Of a stretch of 64,000 nt of DNA, positions 1 through 7,951 are shown piece after piece. Position 1 is the stretch's first letter. Each line of letters starts with the position of its first letter. A program made the translations under genes and the position numbers. Origin of the DNA: a virus. The notes below the pieces were generated by a model that searched no databases, was not told the DNA's origin, and worked only from the letters and a program-made list of their open reading frames with translations. The DNA lies in IMG/VR virus record IMGVR_UViG_3300026183_000827. One strand, written 5' to 3'.

Positions 1-2
1 AT

Positions 3-176
3 CCAAATGCTTGGCGTAAAAGATATCCAAAAGTTACTAAAAAAATAGATGAGTTAGAAGAACGCATTCGTCAATTAGAAACTGACAGTCATCCTCCAAA
101 AGAATTATACGAATTTGAAGTTTGGCCTGAGCTAGATGCTAGGCTAAAAGCATTGGAGAAGAAGCGTGGAAAATGA
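3..176 (+). CDS. 3' end of a hypothetical protein (truncated by window start)
   Basis: Open frame PNAWRKRYPKV...EKKRGK* ending at TGA 174-176, overlapping the next start. Confidence 0.6.
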   Translation, partial: PNAWRKRYPKVTKKIDELEERIRQLETDSHPPKELYEFEVWPELDARLKALEKKRGK

Positions 177-582
177 AATAATGGGTGCAGGGGGCGTAGG
201 GCTCGAAATAGCAGAACTAGCAATGCCATTTATCGGAGCATTAGTTGCATTAGTTGTAACACTAATGTTCAAAGACTATGCAACAAAAATTGCAAAGGGT
301 ATGGCATTTAAAATGAACCCTGCTTTTAAAGAAGGTGACAAAGTTATACTAGACGGTGAAAGAGCTCTTATTGTAAAAATAGGAAATACTGAAACAGTAT
401 TTGGTATACACAAAGCTAGTGGAGAATTTAAAGGCGATTATATTTGGCGATATGTACCAAATGAAAGAATACCTGCACTAAAGATTGAAAAGATAATTTT
501 TGATGCGACTCCAGAAGTAAATGAGAGACGTATTAATGAAAATGGGCATAAGATCGACGAACTTATTAAGGAGGGAAAATAA
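166..582 (+). CDS. Small membrane protein, MscS (mechanosensitive channel) beta-domain-like
   Basis: N-terminal TM segment, then FKEGDKVILDG...IVKIG...YVPN, typical of the MscS Sm-like domain; GGAG upstream of GTG start. Confidence 0.55.
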   Translation: MENEIMGAGGVGLEIAELAMPFIGALVALVVTLMFKDYATKIAKGMAFKMNPAFKEGDKVILDGERALIVKIGNTETVFGIHKASGEFKGDYIWRYVPNERIPALKIEKIIFDATPEVNERRINENGHKIDELIKEGK

Positions 583-1004
583 TGCCACGTAGAAAACCAG
601 AAGAACTAGAAAGCGCAGTACCAGCAGCTGATCCAGCACCAGCACCAGCACCAGCGCCTGAAGTATCATACGAAAGAATGACAATTGATAGAGGTGCAGT
701 TCCTGAAAGTGCTGATATGAATGGTGACGGACATATTACTAAGCAAGAAATGGAAATGCATTTAGAATTCAAACGTAAAGAGCTAGAAGACCAAGATGCT
801 ATGCGTGATGCACAGCGTTCAATGGCTTGGTTTGCTCTATTTGGTATGTTACTGTATCCATTTGCAGTTGTAGCAGCTAGTTATTTCAACCTAGATAATT
901 CAGCAACTGTCCTTGGATCAATGGCAGCAACATACTTTGTTTCAGTTGCAGCAATTGTGATGGCATTTTTTGGTGCTAACGCTTACTCTGCTAAAGGCAA
1001 ATAA
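582..1004 (+). CDS. EF-hand-containing two-TM membrane protein (holin-like)
   Basis: PA-rich linker, canonical EF loop DMNGDGHITKQE, two C-terminal hydrophobic helices. Confidence 0.6.
   Translation: MPRRKPEELESAVPAADPAPAPAPAPEVSYERMTIDRGAVPESADMNGDGHITKQEMEMHLEFKRKELEDQDAMRDAQRSMAWFALFGMLLYPFAVVAASYFNLDNSATVLGSMAATYFVSVAAIVMAFFGANAYSAKGK
633..656 (+). repeat. In-frame (CCAGCA)n hexamer repeat encoding a Pro-Ala linker
   Basis: ccagca x3 + ccagcg. Confidence 0.8.
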
Positions 1005-1020
1005 TCACTACTGTTAATAT

Positions 1021-1059
1021 GTAATAGTCCATGCGATAAGTAGTAGTATGGACTATTAC
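1021..1059 (+). promoter_or_regulatory. Hairpin sequestering the dnaJ start codon, with a late-promoter-like ATAAGTA box in its loop
   Basis: GTAATAGTCCAT (1021-1032) is the exact reverse complement of ATGGACTATTAC (1048-1059); ATAAGTA at 1036-1042. Confidence 0.65.
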
Positions 1060-1893
1060 TCTATTCTAGGTGTTTCTAAAAATGCTTCTGAAAAAGAAAT
1101 AAGATCTGCGTACAAAAAGAAAAGTATGCAACACCATCCTGACCGCGGTGGCAACGAAGAAGAATTTAAACGAGTAAACGAAGCATATAGCACACTAAAA
1201 GATCCTCAAAAAAGAGGAATATACGATCATTCACAAACTGCTGGCGCCGGCGGGTTTCATTTTAATAGTAATAATTTTTCTAATGGGCAAAATCCTTTTT
1301 CTGGAACACCTTTTGATCATATATTTGGACAAGGATTTGCTCAACAACATAGCAGAACACCGAGAAATAGAGATATACATGTTAGAGCCGAAATGGATTT
1401 AGCAGATGTATTAACTGGTAAAAATGTTGTAATACAGTATAGAACACAAAGAGGTAGAATAGAAACTGTCACTGTTGACATTCCACCTGGTGCCAAACAT
1501 GGCGACACAGTGAGATATACAGAACTAGGAGACGATGGATACGGCCAATATCCTAGAGGTGATTTACACGTTAAGTTATATGTAAAAAAACTTAAAGATT
1601 GGGAGCGAGATGGCAATAATTTAATTACCAAAAAATACATAAATGTATTTGACTTATTGTTAGGATGTGTTACAATAGTTACTACGTTAGACAAAAAAAA
1701 TGTAAAACTTACAATTCCACAAGGCACAAAAATAGGTCAAACATTCAATATTCCAGGATATGGAATACCAGATTTACACACAGGCAAAAAAGGAAATTTG
1801 TATGTAACAATTGATGCAAATATGCCAATAATAAAAGACGAATCTATACTACAACAGATTCGAGACATAAAGAATAAAACAAAAGGTGAATAA
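1048..1893 (+). CDS. dnaJ: DnaJ/CbpA-type co-chaperone (J domain, G/F linker, C-terminal domain, no Zn finger)
   Basis: DYYSILGV...HHPDRGG (HPD motif), G/F-rich region, GDLHV and GNLYV C-terminal repeats. Confidence 0.93.
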   Translation: MDYYSILGVSKNASEKEIRSAYKKKSMQHHPDRGGNEEEFKRVNEAYSTLKDPQKRGIYDHSQTAGAGGFHFNSNNFSNGQNPFSGTPFDHIFGQGFAQQHSRTPRNRDIHVRAEMDLADVLTGKNVVIQYRTQRGRIETVTVDIPPGAKHGDTVRYTELGDDGYGQYPRGDLHVKLYVKKLKDWERDGNNLITKKYINVFDLLLGCVTIVTTLDKKNVKLTIPQGTKIGQTFNIPGYGIPDLHTGKKGNLYVTIDANMPIIKDESILQQIRDIKNKTKGE

Positions 1894-4142
1894 TGGTTGA
1901 ACCAAGCAAAGAATTACAAATAGTTTTTGATAAAGCTATTAGAGATGCAAAAAATTTAAGACACGAATATGTAACACTAGAGCATTTAGTGTATGCAATT
2001 CTTTGTGAAGAAAAATTTTCTAATCTACTTACTGCATATGGTGCTAATATTGAGTATATTAAATCTAATATTGAACAGTATTTGCGCAACGATCTAGAAA
2101 ACATAAAAATTGATACAAAAAAATTCAAACCAAAAAAAACAAGCACTGTAGAAAGAGTATTGAATAGAGCTTTTACACAGACTCTTTTCGCTGGTAGAAC
2201 CACAATAGAATTAACTGATCTAATTTTAAGTGTTTTGCACGAGAAAAAAAGTATTTCGGTGTATTACTTAGAAAAAGGCGGCGTAGATAAGTCTTCTTTT
2301 GGAGAATTTTTAGACGACGAACAACTAATTGGTGCTGAAGAAGATGACGAATTATCTTCAGAAGCAAAACGTGCATTACGTGCATTTACTTCTAATCTTA
2401 ATGATCAAGTTAAAAAAGGAAAAGTAGATCCAATTATTGGACGCTCAGATGAACTAGAAAGTCTTGCACTTGCTCTTGGACGCCGTAATAAAAATAATGT
2501 ACTAATGGTAGGAGACCCTGGCGTAGGTAAAACTGCTATTGCAGAAGGTCTTGCTTACAAAATTGTAAACAACGAAGTTCCTGAGTTCTTAAAGGAATAT
2601 AAAGTATATAATCTAGATATTGGTAGTATGCTTGCTGGTTCAAAATATCGTGGTGATTTTGAAGAACGGTTTAAACTTGTTATACATGCACTAACTAAAC
2701 AAGGCAAAACTATTATGTTTGTCGACGAAGCACACATGATGATGGGTGCAGGTGCCGCTGGATCGAGTAATGCAAATGATATGGCAAACATGCTTAAACC
2801 TGCACTAACTAAAGGTGATTTAAAAGTAGTTGCGAGCACAACTTGGGAAGAATATCGCAAGTACTTTGAAAAGGATCGTGCGCTAATGCGTCGATTCCAG
2901 CGTGTAGTAATTGACGAACCGACAACAGAAAGTACAAAAGATATTTTACGTGGTTTGAAAAAATATTACGAAGATTATCACGGTACAGAAATTACAGATG
3001 ATGCAATTGATGCTGCTGTTAAATTAAGTGTAAAATATCAAACTGATAAAAAATTACCTGATAAAGCAATTGATCTAATTGATGTAGCATGTAGTAGATT
3101 TAAAGTTAATAATCAAAGTGAAAATATTATAGTAGGCGAAGCTGAAATACAATTTGAACTTGCAAAAATGTTAAAATTGCCAGCGGAACAAGTTGCTGAA
3201 AAAGAAACAGAAAACCTTGCTAATCTAGAAAACAATCTTAAAAAGGTTGTGTTTGGCCAAGATGACGCAATTGAATCAATTGTTGATAAAATACTTGTTA
3301 GTCAAGCAGGACTTAAACCAGATGATAAGCCTATTGGTGCGTTTGTGTTTATGGGCCCAACGGGCACAGGTAAAACTGAAACTGCTAAGGCACTTGCTAA
3401 AAATCTTGGGGTACAACTTGTACGTTTTGATATGTCAGAATACATGGAAAAACATTCTGTTGCTAAATTAATTGGTTCACCTCCAGGTTATGTAGGACAC
3501 GAAGAAAACGGTGGACTATTAATTACCAAATTACAAGAACATCCTAATTGTGTACTATTGTTAGACGAAATAGAAAAAGCACACCCCGACGTTTCGCAAA
3601 TTCTATTACAACTTATGGATAATGGTAAAGTTACAGGTTCGCAAGGCAAAGAAGCAGATGCTCGTAACTGTACTCTTATTCTTACAACTAACCTAGGTGC
3701 TGCCCAAGCAGAGAAAAACTCAATTGGGTTTGACAGCGAAGAAAGTTACGATTATGAAGATACAGAACTAAAGCGTTTCTTCGCTCCAGAATTCCGCAAC
3801 AGACTTGACGGTGTAATTACATTTGCTAAACTAAGCAAAGAAGTAATGATGAAAATTGTTGGTAAGTTCCTGCTTGAACTTAAGAACATGGTTGTTGATA
3901 AAAACATTTCTATTAAGATTACAGATGATGCACTTGATTATCTAGTAGACAAAGGATTTGATCCTAAAAATGGTGCCCGTCCATTACAACGTGTAATTGA
4001 CAAAGATATTAAACGTCCTTTATCACGCCAAATCTTGTTTGGTGATCTAAAGAACGGTGGCACAGTTACAGTTGATTTAAAGGATAATTCAATTGTTCTA
4101 CACACTGCGGAAAAAGAAGAACTTTTAAATGGACATACTTGA
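1893..4142 (+). CDS. clpA: ATP-dependent Clp protease ATP-binding subunit ClpA
   Basis: Clp N domain (HEYVTLEHL), Walker A GDPGVGKT and GPTGTGKT, pore loops KYRG and GYVG, ClpP-docking IGF loop, no ClpB middle domain, 749 aa. Confidence 0.93.
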   Translation: MVEPSKELQIVFDKAIRDAKNLRHEYVTLEHLVYAILCEEKFSNLLTAYGANIEYIKSNIEQYLRNDLENIKIDTKKFKPKKTSTVERVLNRAFTQTLFAGRTTIELTDLILSVLHEKKSISVYYLEKGGVDKSSFGEFLDDEQLIGAEEDDELSSEAKRALRAFTSNLNDQVKKGKVDPIIGRSDELESLALALGRRNKNNVLMVGDPGVGKTAIAEGLAYKIVNNEVPEFLKEYKVYNLDIGSMLAGSKYRGDFEERFKLVIHALTKQGKTIMFVDEAHMMMGAGAAGSSNANDMANMLKPALTKGDLKVVASTTWEEYRKYFEKDRALMRRFQRVVIDEPTTESTKDILRGLKKYYEDYHGTEITDDAIDAAVKLSVKYQTDKKLPDKAIDLIDVACSRFKVNNQSENIIVGEAEIQFELAKMLKLPAEQVAEKETENLANLENNLKKVVFGQDDAIESIVDKILVSQAGLKPDDKPIGAFVFMGPTGTGKTETAKALAKNLGVQLVRFDMSEYMEKHSVAKLIGSPPGYVGHEENGGLLITKLQEHPNCVLLLDEIEKAHPDVSQILLQLMDNGKVTGSQGKEADARNCTLILTTNLGAAQAEKNSIGFDSEESYDYEDTELKRFFAPEFRNRLDGVITFAKLSKEVMMKIVGKFLLELKNMVVDKNISIKITDDALDYLVDKGFDPKNGARPLQRVIDKDIKRPLSRQILFGDLKNGGTVTVDLKDNSIVLHTAEKEELLNGHT

Positions 4143-4845
4143 AACAAAAAAGTTATTTTATAACAAGTATGCCTATAAAATTGTAATCTATAATCGTTTA
4201 GCAAGCATATTTAGATCTGAGTTGCAACGTGGAAACAAACTATCCTTTGCAAGAGCAGAATTGGATCGTATGCATGCAGAATACGAAAATGGGTTTCCAA
4301 TAACAAAGCGTGTTTTTAGATCGGATACAATAATACCTACTGAAGATTTTTTTGATGCGCAAGATGTTTATAAAATCTTAAAAAAAACTTCTAACGAGTA
4401 TATGATTAGAATTGGTATTGGGAATGATCTAATCATATACTCTCATAGTAAAGAATTTTTATTATCTATAAGTAAAAAAGTGAGATCTACTAATATTAAG
4501 TTTTATGAACCACATGTTGATATTAAGGACTTTTTAGAGAAAAATAAAGATGTTGTTATAGTTAAAAATCAACCAAAATTTCCTATAAAAGTTATACTTG
4601 GTAGGAAAAAATCTGGTTCAATAGATTTAGCTAATTGGTTAAAATTAAATCATGATAAAAGCAAGGTCGGAAATAAAACCTTGTCTTATTTAGAAGAAAG
4701 TTCATATGTTGACGGTTTATACTTTTATGTGCGCGACGAAAAAGTATTACAGTTAGTTTATCTTATGTGTGGCGATAATATTAGAAAAATTGAAAAACTA
4801 GTTTGGCAACACGAAATAGATAAATATAAGTATGGCAGCGAATAG
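4129..4845 (+). CDS. Hypothetical protein
   Basis: 238-aa ORF overlapping both neighbours. Confidence 0.7.
   Translation: MDILETKKLFYNKYAYKIVIYNRLASIFRSELQRGNKLSFARAELDRMHAEYENGFPITKRVFRSDTIIPTEDFFDAQDVYKILKKTSNEYMIRIGIGNDLIIYSHSKEFLLSISKKVRSTNIKFYEPHVDIKDFLEKNKDVVIVKNQPKFPIKVILGRKKSGSIDLANWLKLNHDKSKVGNKTLSYLEESSYVDGLYFYVRDEKVLQLVYLMCGDNIRKIEKLVWQHEIDKYKYGSE
4820..4826 (+). promoter_or_regulatory. T4-late-like promoter box ATAAATA, 5 nt before an ATG (possible leaderless mRNA)
   Basis: ATAAATA-TAAGT-ATG(4832); no Shine-Dalgarno. Confidence 0.55.
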
Positions 4846-5176
4846 TGAAATAATTTTATCAGCACAAACACACCCTGGAGACAGCACGACAGAGGCTGTA
4901 ACAGGTGACAAATTCAAAGGTGACGGTTACTACGGTCGTAGTGACGGTCTTCATACCGTTCAATATACATATACAGGATTAACTGGAACAATTGTTATTG
5001 AAGCAACTCTAGCAATTGAGCCGGGAGATAGTGACTGGTTTTATGTTCATTCCTATGTTGCAGCGCAAGAGACTTCAAGTAAAATCCAAAGTATTACAGG
5101 CAATTACGTTTGGATTAGAGCAAAATTATACAACTGGACCGACGGTACAATCAATTCAATAGTATTAAATCATTAA
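4832..5176 (+). CDS. Hypothetical beta-rich protein, possibly virion-associated
   Basis: 114-aa ORF directly behind a late box. Confidence 0.7.
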   Translation: MAANSEIILSAQTHPGDSTTEAVTGDKFKGDGYYGRSDGLHTVQYTYTGLTGTIVIEATLAIEPGDSDWFYVHSYVAAQETSSKIQSITGNYVWIRAKLYNWTDGTINSIVLNH

Positions 5177-5185
5177 GGTAAAGAT

Positions 5186-5755
5186 ATGGAACACTTTGTA
5201 AGAATAGTAATGGAAAAACAAGAAGGTGCACAATTATTAGATGAAAGCATCTTTGTAGAACAAGAAATTTACGAAACTGAGCAAGGTGCTACAGTATACG
5301 AAATTGCACTTCCTCGCCAACTAGATGAAGAAGAAGCAGACGAGTATGCTAATCGTTTAGCAAACTATATGTTTGAACAAGGCTACGAAGACTTTGATAT
5401 TGAAATCTCAAACGAGATAGGCGAAGATATTACAGAAGAAACATACGACGGTGATGATTTCTTTTTAGAGTACGGTGTTATGTGGTTCAACGAAGATGAC
5501 GACGAATTAGATGAAGCAGAATATCAAGGACGTAAAGTTAAACTAGGCAAGCCAATGCGTGGTGATGTTAAGAAGTTTAAAGTGTACGTCCGTGACCCAA
5601 AGACTAAGAATGTTAAAAAAGTTAACTTTGGCGATCCTAACATGAAGATTAAAAAGTCTAACCCAGCACGTAGACGTTCATTCCGTGCAAGACACAACTG
5701 TGATAATCCAGGTCCACGTACAAAAGCACGTTACTGGTCATGTAGGAAGTGGTAA
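5186..5755 (+). CDS. Hypothetical protein: acidic N-terminus plus basic C-terminal module (AEYQGRKVKL...RARHNC...YWSCRKW)
   Basis: Sharp acidic-to-basic switch at LDE/AEYQG; C-terminal module resembles one seen in T4-like phages. Confidence 0.75.
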   Translation: MEHFVRIVMEKQEGAQLLDESIFVEQEIYETEQGATVYEIALPRQLDEEEADEYANRLANYMFEQGYEDFDIEISNEIGEDITEETYDGDDFFLEYGVMWFNEDDDELDEAEYQGRKVKLGKPMRGDVKKFKVYVRDPKTKNVKKVNFGDPNMKIKKSNPARRRSFRARHNCDNPGPRTKARYWSCRKW

Positions 5756-5756
5756 C

Positions 5757-6077
5757 ATGCGTTTATTTGAATTTGAAAGAAAAGAAGTTCCATTTGACGT
5801 AGTCGATGATGTTGCAATATACATGCGTAATGATCCTATGATTTATCGTAAACAACTATTTCCTGCAATAATGCGTATGAAAGATTCTTATATGCAAGGT
5901 TCTGCGCCTGATGCTAACGAGTGTTTAGGTGAAGCTTGCGGCAATGCAATGGAATCATACTGTAGTAAATTTAAATTAGGTTCGCCTGAAAATGTTTTCA
6001 AACAAGACGACAAAGATGCACTAATACAAAAGTTATTTTCTGAAGAAATGAAAATGATCAAAGATGGAGCATACTGA
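5757..6077 (+). CDS. Hypothetical protein (MRLFEFE...)
   Basis: Start moved to ATG 5757, right after the upstream stop. Confidence 0.7.
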   Translation: MRLFEFERKEVPFDVVDDVAIYMRNDPMIYRKQLFPAIMRMKDSYMQGSAPDANECLGEACGNAMESYCSKFKLGSPENVFKQDDKDALIQKLFSEEMKMIKDGAY

Positions 6078-6793
6078 TGTTATTAAGAGAACTGTTCGAA
6101 GCACCGTCTAAAAAAGCAGTTCTTGCTTTTGGTAGGTTAAATCCTCCAACTATTGGTCATGCAAAATTAGTAGATACACTGAAATCGTATGAAGGTGATC
6201 ATTACCTTTTTCTTTCTCAAAGTCAAAAACCAAAAACAGATCCACTAGACTTTCCAACTAAAATAAAATTTGTAAAAAGTTTTTTTCCTGACATAAATGT
6301 TGGACATCAAAATGTTCGCACACCAGTTCAAGCACTAGAAATGCTACAAAATTTAGGATATACTGATATAATTTTTATTGCTGGTTCGGATAGAGTAGAT
6401 GGTTTTCAGAAACTGTTCGATACATACAATGGTCAACCAGACAAGTCTGGTAATATTCCATTTAGTTTTAAAACAATTAAGGTAGCAAGTGCAGGCGAGC
6501 GTGACCCAGATGCTGGTGATGTAAGTGGCATGAGTGCTAGTAAAATGAGAGCATTAGCAGCACAGGGCGAACTAGAAAGTTTCGCACAGGGTGTACCAGA
6601 TAAAAAACTAGCAAAAACGATGTACGATGCTGTACGTAAAGGTATGGGTATTAAAGATACTGAAACTGTAGAAGATGTTAGTCCAAAAGACGAGAAAAAG
6701 TTCCATAACGAATTAGACAAACTTGTTCACAAGTATTTTGGAGATTCTCCAGACGAGGAGAAGATGAAAAAGAAAATGAAAAAGGCTTACTAA
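6077..6793 (+). CDS. HIGH-motif nucleotidyltransferase (cytidylyltransferase-like)
   Basis: FGRLNPPTIGH (HxGH-type), AGSDR, MSASKMR (KMSKS-like). Confidence 0.8.
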   Translation: MLLRELFEAPSKKAVLAFGRLNPPTIGHAKLVDTLKSYEGDHYLFLSQSQKPKTDPLDFPTKIKFVKSFFPDINVGHQNVRTPVQALEMLQNLGYTDIIFIAGSDRVDGFQKLFDTYNGQPDKSGNIPFSFKTIKVASAGERDPDAGDVSGMSASKMRALAAQGELESFAQGVPDKKLAKTMYDAVRKGMGIKDTETVEDVSPKDEKKFHNELDKLVHKYFGDSPDEEKMKKKMKKAY

Positions 6794-7008
6794 TGGATGA
6801 ACTTGATTATATTAAAAAACTAGCAGGTATTAATGAGTTCAAAGGTTACACAGAATATACTCTTGAAGATATGAGTCAGACTGCAACTGACTTAAAGCAA
6901 ATAGAAAAAGATCGAGGTATTAAACCAGGTGACAAAGAATGGTTTGAATTATGGTTTAGTAAGCCATACATGACAGGACATACTTTTAGAGGACGTAAGA
7001 AAAAATGA
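6793..7008 (+). CDS. Hypothetical protein
   Basis: 71-aa ORF, translationally coupled; KKLAGINE motif. Confidence 0.7.
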   Translation: MDELDYIKKLAGINEFKGYTEYTLEDMSQTATDLKQIEKDRGIKPGDKEWFELWFSKPYMTGHTFRGRKKK

Positions 7009-7700
7009 AGATAGCCGTTTTTGGCTGTTCTTGGACTTATGGTGTTCCAATTGAGTGGTCACAAAAAATTACTTCATCTAAGTATCAACACAATATTCCT
7101 AATAATGATTTTGTAAACTGGACTAGAGAATTAGGCAAATTAGATTCTAGTTTAGAAATTTATAATTATGCAGTACCTGGTACAAACATTGAATTTAGTT
7201 TAGGTATGCTTGAAAGATATTTAAAAAACCCATATTGTGATATTACAGTTTTTCAAGCGACTAGACCTTATAGATATACCTATTGGGAACAAAATTTTGA
7301 TGAAAAGTTACACTTTAAAAAGTTTGAAGAAAATGTATACCAATTTAGTGAAAGTTTATTAAACCATGTTACTATAGTCGATCATCACGAAGATAATAAT
7401 TCTATTTTGGACCTAATTAAACATACAGATTCTGACAGTAAATATGTAAAAAATTATTTTAAAAATACTAGTTACGAAATGTTTGAAAATACATATAGAG
7501 CAGTTTTAGAATATGTAAATCGTAATACTGACATATGCTTTGCACACGAGTCTAATCAATATATAACAAATATAGAAGATATATTAGGCAACGATACTTT
7601 TAATAATTATTGTTGCGACATAGGAAAACATTTTGGACACACTGGCGCAAAATGGCAAGCCAAATGGTTATTAGATAAAATAAATACGTATAGAGGATAA
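7005..7700 (+). CDS. SGNH/GDSL hydrolase-like protein
   Basis: FGCSWT block I, NYAVPG block II, C-terminal DxxxH (DIGKHFG). Confidence 0.6.
   Translation: MKIAVFGCSWTYGVPIEWSQKITSSKYQHNIPNNDFVNWTRELGKLDSSLEIYNYAVPGTNIEFSLGMLERYLKNPYCDITVFQATRPYRYTYWEQNFDEKLHFKKFEENVYQFSESLLNHVTIVDHHEDNNSILDLIKHTDSDSKYVKNYFKNTSYEMFENTYRAVLEYVNRNTDICFAHESNQYITNIEDILGNDTFNNYCCDIGKHFGHTGAKWQAKWLLDKINTYRG
7680..7686 (+). promoter_or_regulatory. T4-late-like promoter box ATAAATA
   Basis: ATAAATA, then GAGGA SD and ATG 7705. Confidence 0.5.
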
Positions 7701-7704
7701 TAAC

Positions 7705-7950
7705 ATGAGCTTAAAAACTTGGTGGCAGCGTATAACACGAGAAGAATATGAACTTATTATTACTGTTCCTGGCGAAGTAACAATTCATGCTGACGGTGGA
7801 CGTACCGAAAAAAAGTCTCAACAAATATACCATGCAAAAAAGTTAATTAAAACTACTCCTAAACATTTTGTGTTTATAGATATGAACGGCAAACGTAATG
7901 AAATTAAATTTTTAGATCCTGTAGTATTTCACGTAGTAAAGATTTGGTAA
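7705..7950 (+). CDS. Hypothetical protein
   Basis: 81-aa ORF with SD. Confidence 0.7.
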   Translation: MSLKTWWQRITREEYELIITVPGEVTIHADGGRTEKKSQQIYHAKKLIKTTPKHFVFIDMNGKRNEIKFLDPVVFHVVKIW

Positions 7951-7951
7951 T

